Of a stretch of DNA of 64,000 nucleotides, positions 9,093 through 18,057 are shown in pieces. Below the pieces are notes generated by a model. The model was given only the letters and a program-made list of their open reading frames with translations, was not told the origin of the DNA and made no database searches. A program made the translations under genes and the position numbers. Numbering within the stretch: the first letter of the stretch is position 1; each line of letters starts with the position of its first letter. The stretch is from Elusimicrobiota bacterium (GTDB taxonomy: Bacteria > Elusimicrobiota > UBA8919), in the NCBI GenBank assembly GCA_016928195.1, contig JAFGLF010000018.1, positions 30,731-94,730 on the forward strand, in the 5' to 3' direction.

Positions 9093-9203
9093 ATTATCCT
9101 CGCTTCGTTCGGAACGCGAATTCTCGCGAATCCAACGCTAATTATCGCGAATTATTCGCGTACATTCGCGTTGCCTCTACTATTAGCGTGTATTTGCGTT
9201 TAC
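9093..9203. repeat. dyad word array, CGCGAAT family
   Basis: Forward CGC[GT]AAT at 9115, 9125, 9136 and 9146. Reverse ATT[CAT]GCG at 9154, 9164, 9182 and 9192. Spacing is mostly 10-11 nt. Confidence 0.85.
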
Positions 9204-10277
9204 TCATTTAAGTTTTCTTGCTTTTATTCTTTTGTATGCGGGTATATCTAGATCATCACTCTTTTTCTTTTCTTCTTTATAAATAATCTTTTTCTGTTTT
9301 GACGCTTTCTTACCGCCTAAGAACCCGGTAGCAATAACGGTAACTCTTAAAGTATCGTTTAAATCATCATCAAATGCCTGTCCATAAATAAGATGTGCCT
9401 CTGGCAGTACTGCGTTATGAATTATTGACATTGCCGTATCTATTTCTGACATCTTTAAATCTTTATTGTTTCCCGTAATATTAACCAAAACACCCTTTGC
9501 ACCGTCAATACTTACATCCTCAAGCAATGGACTGGAAATAGCTCTATTTGTAGCTTCCTTGGCACGGTCATCCCCGGTAGCCTCACCATAACCAAGTAAT
9601 GCATCCCCTGCATTCTGCATAATAGTTTTGACATCCTGAAAATCAACATTTATCATACCGTGGGACGTTATAACATCTGATATTGCCTGAACAGCCCTTT
9701 TAAGGACTTCATTGGCTTTTTCATATGCCTGAGTCGAAAGCGTTTCTTCATCTATTATTGCAAACAATCGTTGATTCGGAATTTCAATTAAAGCATCCGT
9801 GTGATTTTTAAATTCCTTTATTCCTTCCTCTGCTATTGTCATTTTAACTTTGCCTTCCCACATAAAAGGTTTTGTTACAACACCAACTGTAAGAATTCCC
9901 ATTTGCTTTGCTATTCTCGCTACTACAGGAGCACCCCCGGTCCCGGTACCACCGCCCATACCGGCAGTAATTAAAACCATATCGGCTCCTTTTAATATTT
10001 GCTCAATAGTAGAAGCACTTTCTTCAGTTGCCTGACGGCCTATTTCCGGCTTAGCTCCTGAACCCTGGCCCTTTGTAAGTTTCGGTCCAAGTTGAATCTT
10101 ATGTTCTGCTAAAGACTTTGCAAGAGAATCCGAATCAGTATTTGCTGCAATAAACTGAACACTCTTTATATTTGAAACAACCATCAGATTGACGGCATTA
10201 CCGCCTCCGCCGCCAATGCCGATAACCTTTATATTTGCAGGAATTGTATTAGAATCATCAATAATTTTTAATTTCAT
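9204..10277 (-). CDS. ftsZ: cell division GTPase FtsZ
   Basis: [11 protein letters not shown] and tubulin signature [11 protein letters not shown]-terminal conserved peptide DIPAYKR. Confidence 0.97.
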   Translation of the reverse strand: MKLKIIDDSNTIPANIKVIGIGGGGGNAVNLMVVSNIKSVQFIAANTDSDSLAKSLAEHKIQLGPKLTKGQGSGAKPEIGRQATEESASTIEQILKGADMVLITAGMGGGTGTGGAPVVARIAKQMGILTVGVVTKPFMWEGKVKMTIAEEGIKEFKNHTDALIEIPNQRLFAIIDEETLSTQAYEKANEVLKRAVQAISDVITSHGMINVDFQDVKTIMQNAGDALLGYGEATGDDRAKEATNRAISSPLLEDVSIDGAKGVLVNITGNNKDLKMSEIDTAMSIIHNAVLPEAHLIYGQAFDDDLNDTLRVTVIATGFLGGKKASKQKKIIYKEEKKKSDDLDIPAYKRIKARKLK

Positions 10278-10393
10278 ATTAGTACTGATTGCGGTGATTT
10301 TAACAGCAGATTACAGTGATAATTAACAACCAAAAGAGACACATCACCGTAATCGTTCTTTCCATCGCTGTAATCAATACCGCTTTAGCGGGA
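10278..10393. repeat. dyad word array, GATT/AATC family
   Basis: Forward CTGATTG, GGTGATT, GCAGATTA and AGTGATAA. Then reverse CATCACC, TAATCG, CATCGCTG and TAATCAAT. Confidence 0.6.
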
Positions 10394-11626
10394 TTAAATC
10401 ATTTCTTCAAACATTCGTCTGACTTTTGTAAGAATTCCCGGTTTCTTGGTCTTGCATCTGCCAGACTTTTCAAATTCCGGCAGATATGAATATTTTATGA
10501 GCCCCATTCCGCAAGCAAGTGCAGGATCAGCCATACCATTTATAGAACCTTTTACATACTGCGGGATCCCGAGACGAGAAGGCATCTGTAAAACCTCTTC
10601 ACATGCTTCTTTTAATCCCAAAAGCTGACAGCCACCACCGGTAATTATGGCACCTGCAGAAATCATATCCTTATATTGGGTTTTTATTATCTCATCATCC
10701 ACAAACGACAGGATTTCTTCAACTCTTGGTTTTATAATATCACAGAGTGTTTTTCTAGTGGTTCTCTTCTGGGTTCTACCGTCTACAGAAAGATATGATA
10801 TTTCTTCCTTGACATCTATAAGCGAAGTAATAGCGGAGCCGTACTGTTCCTTTAAATCTTGGGCAACCTGATAAGATGTACTCAAACCCCGAGCAATGTC
10901 CATTGTTATATTTTTTCCTCCGAGAGGAAGCTCTTTAATACACCGGCTTGAACCATCAAGATAAACTGCAATATCGGTAGTTTGGTCGCCCATATCAATT
11001 AACACACAGCCAATTTTCTTTTCCTGCTCTGATACGGTAACCTCAGCGGTTGCCAGAATACTCGAAATAAAATTTTTACATTCAAAACCCGCAGAGCTAA
11101 CGCACTTACCCAGATTATTTATTGCGGAACTCAGACCTGTGACTATATGTGCATCTACCGACAAGTGTGAACCCTCCAACCCCACAGGGTCGGTTATTCC
11201 TCTCTGCCCGTCCACAATAAAATCCTGCGGTATAATATGAATTATTTCTTTATCAAAACCAAGCCGGATCTGCTTAGCGGAACCTATCACATGCGCAACA
11301 TCATCAGGTGTAATTTCTTTATCTGTTCTTGTAACATTTATTGCTGTAGAATGATTATACGATTCAATATGCTGACCTTTTATGCTGACGATAAGCTCGT
11401 CGTCATATATCTTTCCCTCAGCATTCTCTTCCGCCTGGTTGACTGCAGCGGTAATTGCGTGTTCTGTTTCTTTCATATTAACAACGGAACCGTGTTTAAG
11501 TCCTTTACAAGGCGTAACGCCTATTCCGATAACTTCAGGTAAATCCAATTCATACTTTTTTGCAATTACACAGGCTACTTTTGAGGAACCGACATCAAGC
11601 CCTGCAATTATTTTTTCTCTTGGCAT
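10394..11626 (-). CDS. ftsA: cell division protein FtsA
   Basis: Actin-fold motifs AGLDVGSSKV, DMGDQTTDIAV and ITGGGCQL. Lies between ftsQ and ftsZ. Confidence 0.95.
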   Translation of the reverse strand: MPREKIIAGLDVGSSKVACVIAKKYELDLPEVIGIGVTPCKGLKHGSVVNMKETEHAITAAVNQAEENAEGKIYDDELIVSIKGQHIESYNHSTAINVTRTDKEITPDDVAHVIGSAKQIRLGFDKEIIHIIPQDFIVDGQRGITDPVGLEGSHLSVDAHIVTGLSSAINNLGKCVSSAGFECKNFISSILATAEVTVSEQEKKIGCVLIDMGDQTTDIAVYLDGSSRCIKELPLGGKNITMDIARGLSTSYQVAQDLKEQYGSAITSLIDVKEEISYLSVDGRTQKRTTRKTLCDIIKPRVEEILSFVDDEIIKTQYKDMISAGAIITGGGCQLLGLKEACEEVLQMPSRLGIPQYVKGSINGMADPALACGMGLIKYSYLPEFEKSGRCKTKKPGILTKVRRMFEEMI

Positions 11627-11692
11627 AAAACCACCCCATAAGAAACCAATTTAAAATTTAAAATGTAAAATTAAAAATTTAGGAATACTTTT

Positions 11693-12457
11693 TTATTGTG
11701 TTCTTAAAACGATTTCTTTATACTCATCTGAAAAATCACGCATATTTATATATTCCGCCCTTTCCCCTTTCACTTCCAAATCAGCAAGCACTCTTTCAAG
11801 ATAAGTAATTTTATAATCAACATCCACGGGCATACCTATACATACCCTGCAGTTATCTGATAAAAAAAATATAATATCATCCGGTGCATTAGCCGTAATA
11901 CTTTTAATATTTTTATATATCGGCAAACCGCTGACTCTTTTCAAAAATTCCAGACAAGCTTTTTTATTTTCCAAAGCCAAGTCTTTAGTTATACTCGGCA
12001 GTAATTTATAATCCTGTGGCAGAACGAACATTTTAAGATATTCATCAATACCTATTCTTTTTTTTGCGATTTTACGTTCTACAAGAGGAACCCTTTCTAT
12101 AATTTTTGCTGCAATTTTATCCGGTAAACGCCTTTTTATATTAATACTCTCTATTGCAGGAAATTTTTCCCTGAGTAATGATTCAACTTTTCCAATTTTA
12201 AGTTGAAAAATATTTTTCCCGTTAAAGTCAATATACCCAAGAACTTCACTTTCCGCAATAATGTTATTGCCTCTAACTTCTATCAATTTTACATTAAAAA
12301 TAGGAGATGTCAATAGAAATTTTACCGCCCTACTGCCAGCGAAAAAAAGGGCGATAATTACCGCAAGAGATACTATTATTTTAATAGCTATATCTTTTCG
12401 TTTTTTATACCGCTCTACCTTTGTTTTATACCGTATTTTTACCTTATATCTCTTCAT
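11693..12457 (-). CDS. ftsQ: cell division protein FtsQ (POTRA domain)
   Basis: Basic N-terminus, one TM helix and a POTRA-like segment (VKLIEVRGNN). Lies between ddl and ftsA. Start set at the first ATG (12457); the track ORF starts at TTG 12487. Start uncertain. Confidence 0.7.
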   Translation of the reverse strand: MKRYKVKIRYKTKVERYKKRKDIAIKIIVSLAVIIALFFAGSRAVKFLLTSPIFNVKLIEVRGNNIIAESEVLGYIDFNGKNIFQLKIGKVESLLREKFPAIESINIKRRLPDKIAAKIIERVPLVERKIAKKRIGIDEYLKMFVLPQDYKLLPSITKDLALENKKACLEFLKRVSGLPIYKNIKSITANAPDDIIFFLSDNCRVCIGMPVDVDYKITYLERVLADLEVKGERAEYINMRDFSDEYKEIVLRTQ

Positions 12458-12487
12458 TTCATATGTAACGAACAACCCGAATGACAA

Positions 12488-12568
12488 CGAACAGCACGAA
12501 TAATTTTATTTTTTCGTGTGATTCGTATACATATATTCGTGTAATTCGTTATTACCCATTAAGTTTTA
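12488..12568. repeat. dyad word array, CACGAAT/ATTCGTG variant
   Basis: CACGAAT (12495), then an AT-rich centre, then TTTCGTG, ATTCGTA, ATTCGTG and ATTCGTT. Confidence 0.6.
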
Positions 12569-13471
12569 TTATTTTACCGAAAACTCTATAATCTTTTTCA
12601 ACATCCTGCCAAAAAATATTCCGTCGAATTTTGCTGCATCAGGGAAAAGCGAAGTATCTGTCATACCGGGTATGGTGTTGACTTCAAGTACGTAAATATT
12701 GTTCTTTTTATCAACAATCATATCAACCCTAGACATAGCCCTACAGCCTAATACGCTGTGCGCCAGAAGTCCTATTTTTCCTGCTTTTTCAACAACATTC
12801 TTTGGAAGACGGGCAGGTATCAGGTGCCGGGATCCCCCTGAAGCATATTTTGAATAAAAATCATAGAATTCGTTTTTAGGAACAATCTCTATGGGGGTAA
12901 GAGTGCTGTTACCCAAAACAGCAACCGTTATCTCTTTGCCATTAATATATTCTTCAATAATCGCCTCATTATTATATTTTAACGCATTTCTAACTGCTTT
13001 TCTAAACTGCGGCTTTTTTCTTACCACAGTTACACCTATCGCCGAACCCTCTTGCGCCGGTTTAACAACTACCGGAAACTTAAAGGCAGAAGGTAGAAGG
13101 TAGAAGGCAGAAGAAACCACACACCATCTTGGAGTTAAAATATTATTTGATTCAAAAATTCTTTTTGAATAAATCTTATTCATTGATAATGCTGATGCTA
13201 AAACTCCGGAGCCGCTGTATGGAATTCCTGAAATTTCCAAAAGACCCTGCATAGTACCATCCTCACCGCCCGGACCATGCAGAGCAATAAATGCAAAATC
13301 AATCTTTGCTGATAAAAGTTTTTTTATAAAATCTTTTTTTGCAGAATCCAGAAGCACAACGGTATATCTCTCCTTTTTTAAAGCAGCAGCTATAACGGCA
13401 CCGGTTTTAAGTGAGATTTCCCTTTCGGAAGATTTTCCGCCGTATATAACACCAATTTTTTTTATCTTCAT
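12569..13471 (-). CDS. ddl: D-alanine--D-alanine ligase
   Basis: IGVIYGGKSSEREISL, ALHGPGGEDGTMQGLLE, VVVKPAQEGSAIGV and EVNTIPGMT (ATP-grasp). Confidence 0.93.
   Translation of the reverse strand: MKIKKIGVIYGGKSSEREISLKTGAVIAAALKKERYTVVLLDSAKKDFIKKLLSAKIDFAFIALHGPGGEDGTMQGLLEISGIPYSGSGVLASALSMNKIYSKRIFESNNILTPRWCVVSSAFYLLPSAFKFPVVVKPAQEGSAIGVTVVRKKPQFRKAVRNALKYNNEAIIEEYINGKEITVAVLGNSTLTPIEIVPKNEFYDFYSKYASGGSRHLIPARLPKNVVEKAGKIGLLAHSVLGCRAMSRVDMIVDKKNNIYVLEVNTIPGMTDTSLFPDAAKFDGIFFGRMLKKIIEFSVK
13085..13112. repeat. intragenic 7-nt tandem array inside ddl
   Basis: GGCAGAA GGTAGAA GGTAGAA GGCAGAA, four consecutive heptamers. They encode SSAFYLLPSAF on the minus strand. Confidence 0.8.
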
Positions 13472-13594
13472 ACAATTAAGAACGCGAATTTCCGCAAATC
13501 TAACGCTAATGGTCGCGAATAACTGTCCGTCAGCTGACGGATTAATTCGTGTGTATTCGCGTTGTCTTTCCTGTTCGCGACTATTCGCGTTATA
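13472..13594. repeat. dyad word array with CCGTCAGCTGACGG core
   Basis: Forward words at 13483, 13493, 13504 and 13514. Palindrome at 13527-13540. Reverse words at 13545, 13555, 13573 and 13583. 13517-13569 matches 55066-55118 with 1 mismatch in 53 nt. Confidence 0.9.
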
Positions 13595-14509
13595 CTACTC
13601 TCCTACTATCTTTATTTCCAGCTCCAAATTCTTCGAAAATTTTTTCTTAACCTTTTTCTGAATCTTTTTTATAAGTTTTATAACATCGTCTGCTGTGGCG
13701 TCGCCTGTATTGTTAATATAATTCGCATGCATATCGGAAACAATAGCCCCGCCGACAGACACACCTTTGAGTCCCGATTTATCTATAAGCCTTGAAGCAT
13801 AATCATCCGCAGGATTCCGGAAAACACAACCGGCATTATAAGAACCTACGGGCTGCGTTTTTATCCGACCTTTTATCAACTTTCCTATCCTTTTTGCGGT
13901 TTCGTTTTTATTTTTCTTTTTCAGTATAAATTCGGCTGAAACTATTATGTTATCTTTAGGAATATTCGAACTTCTATAAGAAAATTTTAGAGATTTCCCG
14001 TCAATCTTTTTGATCCGCCACGGCGGACCTTTTTTATCCATTACAGTTACTGACTTTACAATAGAACCTATGCTGCCGTCTTTAGTTCCTGCATTCATTA
14101 TAACAGCGCCGGCAACAGTACCGGGGATACCTGCCAGAAATTCCATACCGCCGAGACCATGATTGATACACTTTTTAATAAAAACCGGCAATGCACATCC
14201 GCCGCCCGCAATAACACTTTTCTTCTTTAAGTCAAAGCTTAAATCACAAAAACTTCCTGTCAATCTGATAACAATACCTCTTATTCCCTTGTCCTTTACC
14301 AGAATATTCGAACCGAAACCGATTACCAAACAAGGAATCCCTTTTTCATTTGTAGTTCTGATTACTTCTCTTAGTTCTTCAATAGTTTTTACTTCAATAT
14401 AAAAATCACAGGGACCACCGATACCAAATGTTGTATGTTTATACATTGGTTCGGATTGGAGTATCTTTCCGGTCACAACTTTAGAAATTTCAAAACGGCT
14501 TATCATCAT
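13595..14509 (-). CDS. murB: UDP-N-acetylenolpyruvoylglucosamine reductase
   Basis: FAD-binding domain TFGIGGPCDFY and GFGSNILV. C-terminal NAGCVFRNP. Confidence 0.93.
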   Translation of the reverse strand: MMISRFEISKVVTGKILQSEPMYKHTTFGIGGPCDFYIEVKTIEELREVIRTTNEKGIPCLVIGFGSNILVKDKGIRGIVIRLTGSFCDLSFDLKKKSVIAGGGCALPVFIKKCINHGLGGMEFLAGIPGTVAGAVIMNAGTKDGSIGSIVKSVTVMDKKGPPWRIKKIDGKSLKFSYRSSNIPKDNIIVSAEFILKKKNKNETAKRIGKLIKGRIKTQPVGSYNAGCVFRNPADDYASRLIDKSGLKGVSVGGAIVSDMHANYINNTGDATADDVIKLIKKIQKKVKKKFSKNLELEIKIVGE

Positions 14510-15878
14510 TCAAAACTTTTAAAAACTCCGCAGATTTTTTCCAAATATCTCCTGCACCGAGCGTAAGGACAATATCTCCATTTTTTATTTCCTTAACGAT
14601 ATTTTTTACCGTTTTAAATTTTGCCACATCATTTCCTCCTGTCTTTTTAACGGAATCAATTATTGTCTGTGAGGAAATTCCGGGTATAGGTTTTTCGCTT
14701 GCTGCGTAAATATCAAGTATTCTGACTACGTCGGCATCAACAAAGGCAGTACCAAACTCGTCCTGCAAAAGTTGTGTTCTTGTATACCTGTGCGGCTGAA
14801 ATAAAACAAATAATCTCTTATTAGGATTAATAGATTTAATTGCAGAAAGTGTTGCCTTTATTTCAGTTGGATGATGGCCGTAATCGTCAATAAAAATAAC
14901 GTCCTTATAACTGCCTTTTCTTTCCAGACGGCGGCCTACTCCGTCAAAATCAAGCAATGCTTTTGCTATTACATCAAATTTAATATCAAGTTCATAACCA
15001 CACACAATGCCTGCAAGGGCATTCAGGATATTATGTTTACCGGGAATTTTTAAATCAATGTTTCCGAGAATCTTTCCGCGGTAAGAAACATCGAATTTAC
15101 TGCCGGTAATCGTTGTTTTAACACTTTCGGCCTTAAAATCAGCCGAACCGCTTAAACCGTATGTATAATATCTTCTCTTTATTTTTGGAATTATACTTTT
15201 AATGTTTTCATCATCATTACATAAAATAGTATAACCATAAAATGGAATCTTATTTATAAACTGTATAAATGCATCCTTTACGTTTTCAAGAGTACCGTAA
15301 TGATCAAGATGGTCATTGTCTATATTCGTAACAACTGCAAATGTCGGAAAAAGTTTTAAAAAGGAACCATCTGATTCATCCGCCTCTGCTACAAGATATT
15401 CGCCGTTGCCCATTTTAGCACCTGTACCAAAATTATTAAATTTCCCTCCAATAACAGCAGTAGGGTCAAGACCGGCATTCGCCAGAATCAAGGATGTCAT
15501 AGATGTCACTGTTGTTTTACCATGGCATCCGGCAATTGCTATTGAATATTTTAACCGCATTAATTCGGCAAGCATTTCTGCACGGGGAATAACAGGAATT
15601 TTTCTTGAATGTGCCGCTACTACTTCAGGGTTATCTTTTTTAACTGCTGTGGAGGTTACAACTACATCTGCCGGCGCATCTTCGATATTTTCTTTTTTAT
15701 GTCCTATTTTAACTTTTGCACCAAGACCGGCAAGATGCTTTGTTACATCGGATTCTTTTAAATCAGAACCGCTTACGTTAAAACCAAGATTTAGAAGCAC
15801 TTCAGCAATACCCGACATACCGCTTCCGCCGATTCCTACAAAATGAATATTACGAAATTTTTTTCTAAACATGATCAC
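14490..15878 (-). CDS. murC: UDP-N-acetylmuramate--L-alanine ligase
   Basis: HFVGIGGSGMSGIA, GCHGKTTVTSM, EADESDGSF and DDYGHHPTE. Confidence 0.95.
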   Translation of the reverse strand: MIMFRKKFRNIHFVGIGGSGMSGIAEVLLNLGFNVSGSDLKESDVTKHLAGLGAKVKIGHKKENIEDAPADVVVTSTAVKKDNPEVVAAHSRKIPVIPRAEMLAELMRLKYSIAIAGCHGKTTVTSMTSLILANAGLDPTAVIGGKFNNFGTGAKMGNGEYLVAEADESDGSFLKLFPTFAVVTNIDNDHLDHYGTLENVKDAFIQFINKIPFYGYTILCNDDENIKSIIPKIKRRYYTYGLSGSADFKAESVKTTITGSKFDVSYRGKILGNIDLKIPGKHNILNALAGIVCGYELDIKFDVIAKALLDFDGVGRRLERKGSYKDVIFIDDYGHHPTEIKATLSAIKSINPNKRLFVLFQPHRYTRTQLLQDEFGTAFVDADVVRILDIYAASEKPIPGISSQTIIDSVKKTGGNDVAKFKTVKNIVKEIKNGDIVLTLGAGDIWKKSAEFLKVLNDDKPF

Positions 15879-15964
15879 AGATTACATTCACCCCGTATGA
15901 AGCTCCGCTTTTGTACGGTGCAGGGATTTTTTTTAAAAGACGATTACACAGATTAAAACCCACA

Positions 15965-17080
15965 TTAATAATCGGCTTCTAAGTTTTTTATCTCCTTTAT
16001 AAGCTCTTTAACCCACTTATCTTGCGGAACTTTTTTAATCGGTTTGCCCTTCTTAAAAAGTAAACCCAATCTCTTTGCTGCAGCTGCAATCCCTATATCC
16101 GCATCCCTTGCCTCACCGGGGCCATTAACAATGCAGCCCATGACGGCAACTTTTAGTTGCCGAGTTGAGAGTTGAGTCCGCCAGCCGGCGGATAGAGTTG
16201 AGAGTTTTTTTTCAAGCTGGTTAACTATTTTTATTAAGTCGGTTTGACAGCGGCCGCAGGTAGGACAGGAAACTATCTCAATACCTTTTTTTCTTAAACC
16301 GACGGCTTTTAATATTTCCCAACCGGCTTTTACCTCTTCTTCCGGGGCGGCAGTCAGCGATACGCGGACAGTATCGCCAATACCCTGGTTTAACAAAATT
16401 CCAAAAGCAGCAGCAGATTTTACAACTCCGGTAAATTGCGTGCCTGCTTCGGTAACACCCAGGTGAATAGGATAATTCCTTGCTTTAGAAAAAAGCTGAT
16501 TTGCCAAAAGCGTAGTCGGGACATCATTTGCTTTTAACGATACAACAATATCGGCAAAATTCATATTTTCAATTATCCTTATATTTTCCATCAACTCCTT
16601 TACCATTTGTTTTGCTCTTTGTTTAACCTGCATTTTAAACCAGGAACTTGCGGGAGATTTCAAAATTGTTAAAGAACCGGCATTTACACCGATTCTAATC
16701 GGAACTTTCTTTTTCTTAGCAACAGAAACGATCTCCCTTATATTCTCTTTTGAACCGATATTACCGGGATTTATTCTGATTTTATCAGCCCCCTGATTGA
16801 TTGCTTCAACCGCAAGTCTCCAGTTAAAATGTATATCAGCAACAAGCGGAATATTTATATTCTTTTTTATTTCAGAAATAGCTCTGGCGGAATCCATATC
16901 CGGAACCGCAACACGTATAATTTCGCAACCTATATTTTCAAGATTCTTTATCTGTTTAACGGTTGCTTTCCAGTCCGATGTTTTCGTTTTTGTCATTGAC
17001 TGAACACGAATAGGCGAAGAACCGCCTATATAAATATTCCCTATTTTTACTTTTTTGGTTTCTCGCATGGTTAAACCCAT
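15965..17080 (-). CDS. ispG: 4-hydroxy-3-methylbut-2-enyl diphosphate synthase
   Basis: IRVQSMT and RINPGNIG (TIM barrel). SCPTCGRC ... MGCIVNGPGE (4Fe-4S domain). Contains an in-frame repeat-derived segment (see findings). Confidence 0.93.
   Translation of the reverse strand: MGLTMRETKKVKIGNIYIGGSSPIRVQSMTKTKTSDWKATVKQIKNLENIGCEIIRVAVPDMDSARAISEIKKNINIPLVADIHFNWRLAVEAINQGADKIRINPGNIGSKENIREIVSVAKKKKVPIRIGVNAGSLTILKSPASSWFKMQVKQRAKQMVKELMENIRIIENMNFADIVVSLKANDVPTTLLANQLFSKARNYPIHLGVTEAGTQFTGVVKSAAAFGILLNQGIGDTVRVSLTAAPEEEVKAGWEILKAVGLRKKGIEIVSCPTCGRCQTDLIKIVNQLEKKLSTLSAGWRTQLSTRQLKVAVMGCIVNGPGEARDADIGIAAAAKRLGLLFKKGKPIKKVPQDKWVKELIKEIKNLEADY
16161..16206. repeat. intragenic word + palindrome module inside ispG
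   Basis: GAGTTGA GAGTTGA, then TCCGCCAGCCGGCGGA (16176-16191), then TA GAGTTGA GAGTT. The hairpin is the reverse complement of the one at 53661-53676. Confidence 0.85.
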
Positions 17081-17177
17081 ATGGGTTTACCTCGCAGACA
17101 GGTTAAATCTTGTCAAAGATTTAACCTTGCGACCCTTCGGGCAGATTTTGTCCAGATATATCTGGACAAAATCTGGG
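17081..17177. repeat. triple-hairpin spacer with perfect 34-nt palindrome
   Basis: GGTTAAATCTT/AAGATTTAACC, CCCTTCGGG and the perfect palindrome CAGATTTTGTCCAGATATATCTGGACAAAATCTG. Confidence 0.8.
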
Positions 17178-17702
17178 TTAAAAATCTTTCTTAAAAATTT
17201 CTTTATTATTTAAATAGTCTATAATTTTTATTTCCTTTTTTTCAAAATCTATAACTCCAAAACTCGGTGAAGCGCCCCTGTTATCATTTAGCTTAAGATG
17301 CCCGGGATTCACCCAGATCACACCGTCCTTCTCTTCAATATTAGGTATATGTGTATGCCCGTAAAAAACCATATCAGAATCCTTCAAAGTTATATTCTCA
17401 GGTTTTATATCTTCTCCCGGCAAATCATTCTGGTGTGACTTCGGCGTATGAGTAAGAAGAACTCTTACTCCGCTGAACTTTTTAATCAGACGGCGCGGTA
17501 TAGCCTTGTTTTTATAGTGCTTACAATAAACCCCATGGACTAAAACAATATCTTTAAAACTACCCTTCACAGTTTCGATATCCCCGCATTCGTCACCCAA
17601 AAAAACAAGTGTATCCACCCCGTAGTCTCCAATCATTTTTTTTACTGTCTCTTTAAGATATCCGATATTGCCGTGAGTATCGCTTATTAATCCTATTTTC
17701 AT
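17178..17702 (-). CDS. YfcE/MJ0936-type metallophosphoesterase
   Basis: MKIGLISDTHGN, LGDECGD and YGHTH motifs. Start set to ATG 17702. The upstream part of the track ORF is repeat-derived. Confidence 0.8.
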   Translation of the reverse strand: MKIGLISDTHGNIGYLKETVKKMIGDYGVDTLVFLGDECGDIETVKGSFKDIVLVHGVYCKHYKNKAIPRRLIKKFSGVRVLLTHTPKSHQNDLPGEDIKPENITLKDSDMVFYGHTHIPNIEEKDGVIWVNPGHLKLNDNRGASPSFGVIDFEKKEIKIIDYLNNKEIFKKDF

Positions 17703-17790
17703 ATACTTTGCCGAATTACACGAATAAAATAAACGAATCACACTAATTTTATATTCGTATAATTCGTTATCATTCGTATTATTCGTGTCC
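17703..17790. repeat. dyad word array, CGAAT/ATTCG variant
   Basis: Forward CCGAAT, CACGAAT, AACGAAT and CACTAAT. Reverse ATTCGT[ATG] at 17752, 17762, 17772 and 17781. The last word supplies the final codons and stop of the cupin gene. Confidence 0.75.
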
Positions 17791-18057
17791 TCCGAATTTA
17801 TAGACCTTATTTATTTTTTCCAAAACATTCCACTTACATTTGAGACCTTTTGGAAATGTTACAAGGTCGCCTTTATTGATTTCAACGGTACCGTCAGGTG
17901 TTTCTACATTAACCTTACCTTCTAAAATATAACAGGTCTCATCATCAGAATATTCCCAGTCAAAACTTGATACCTCACATCCCCATGAACCCCATGCTTT
18001 TACATTAAGTTTTTTAAGTTCTTCTTTTGAAGGTCTTTTTACCTTTATTTTCCCCAT
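17779..18057 (-). CDS. small cupin-domain protein (cupin_3/DUF861-like)
   Basis: 92-aa single beta-barrel (DETCYILEGKVNV ... GDLVTFPKG). Confidence 0.7.
   Translation of the reverse strand: MGKIKVKRPSKEELKKLNVKAWGSWGCEVSSFDWEYSDDETCYILEGKVNVETPDGTVEINKGDLVTFPKGLKCKWNVLEKINKVYKFGGHE

Noticed and set aside
9093-9203. Word arrays as CRISPR arrays
   Set aside because: The repeat units are only ~7 nt with 3-4 nt between them. They are arranged as inverted blocks, and there are no cas genes. This is not CRISPR architecture.
15316-15846. Long plus-strand ORFs (for example 1504-1935, 3257-3682, 15316-15846, 22039-22590, 24731-25453, 26766-27362, 45897-46373, 48272-48811, 63004-63588)
   Set aside because: Each lies entirely antisense to a minus-strand gene with strong family motifs. 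Their translations are low-complexity (Ser, Phe, Ile and Leu rich) with no recognisable motifs or SD. They are typical shadow ORFs of an AT-rich genome.
17141-17176. Perfect palindrome as a rho-independent terminator
   Set aside because: No U-tract follows it on the transcribed (minus) strand. Kept as a repeat and possible structure only.
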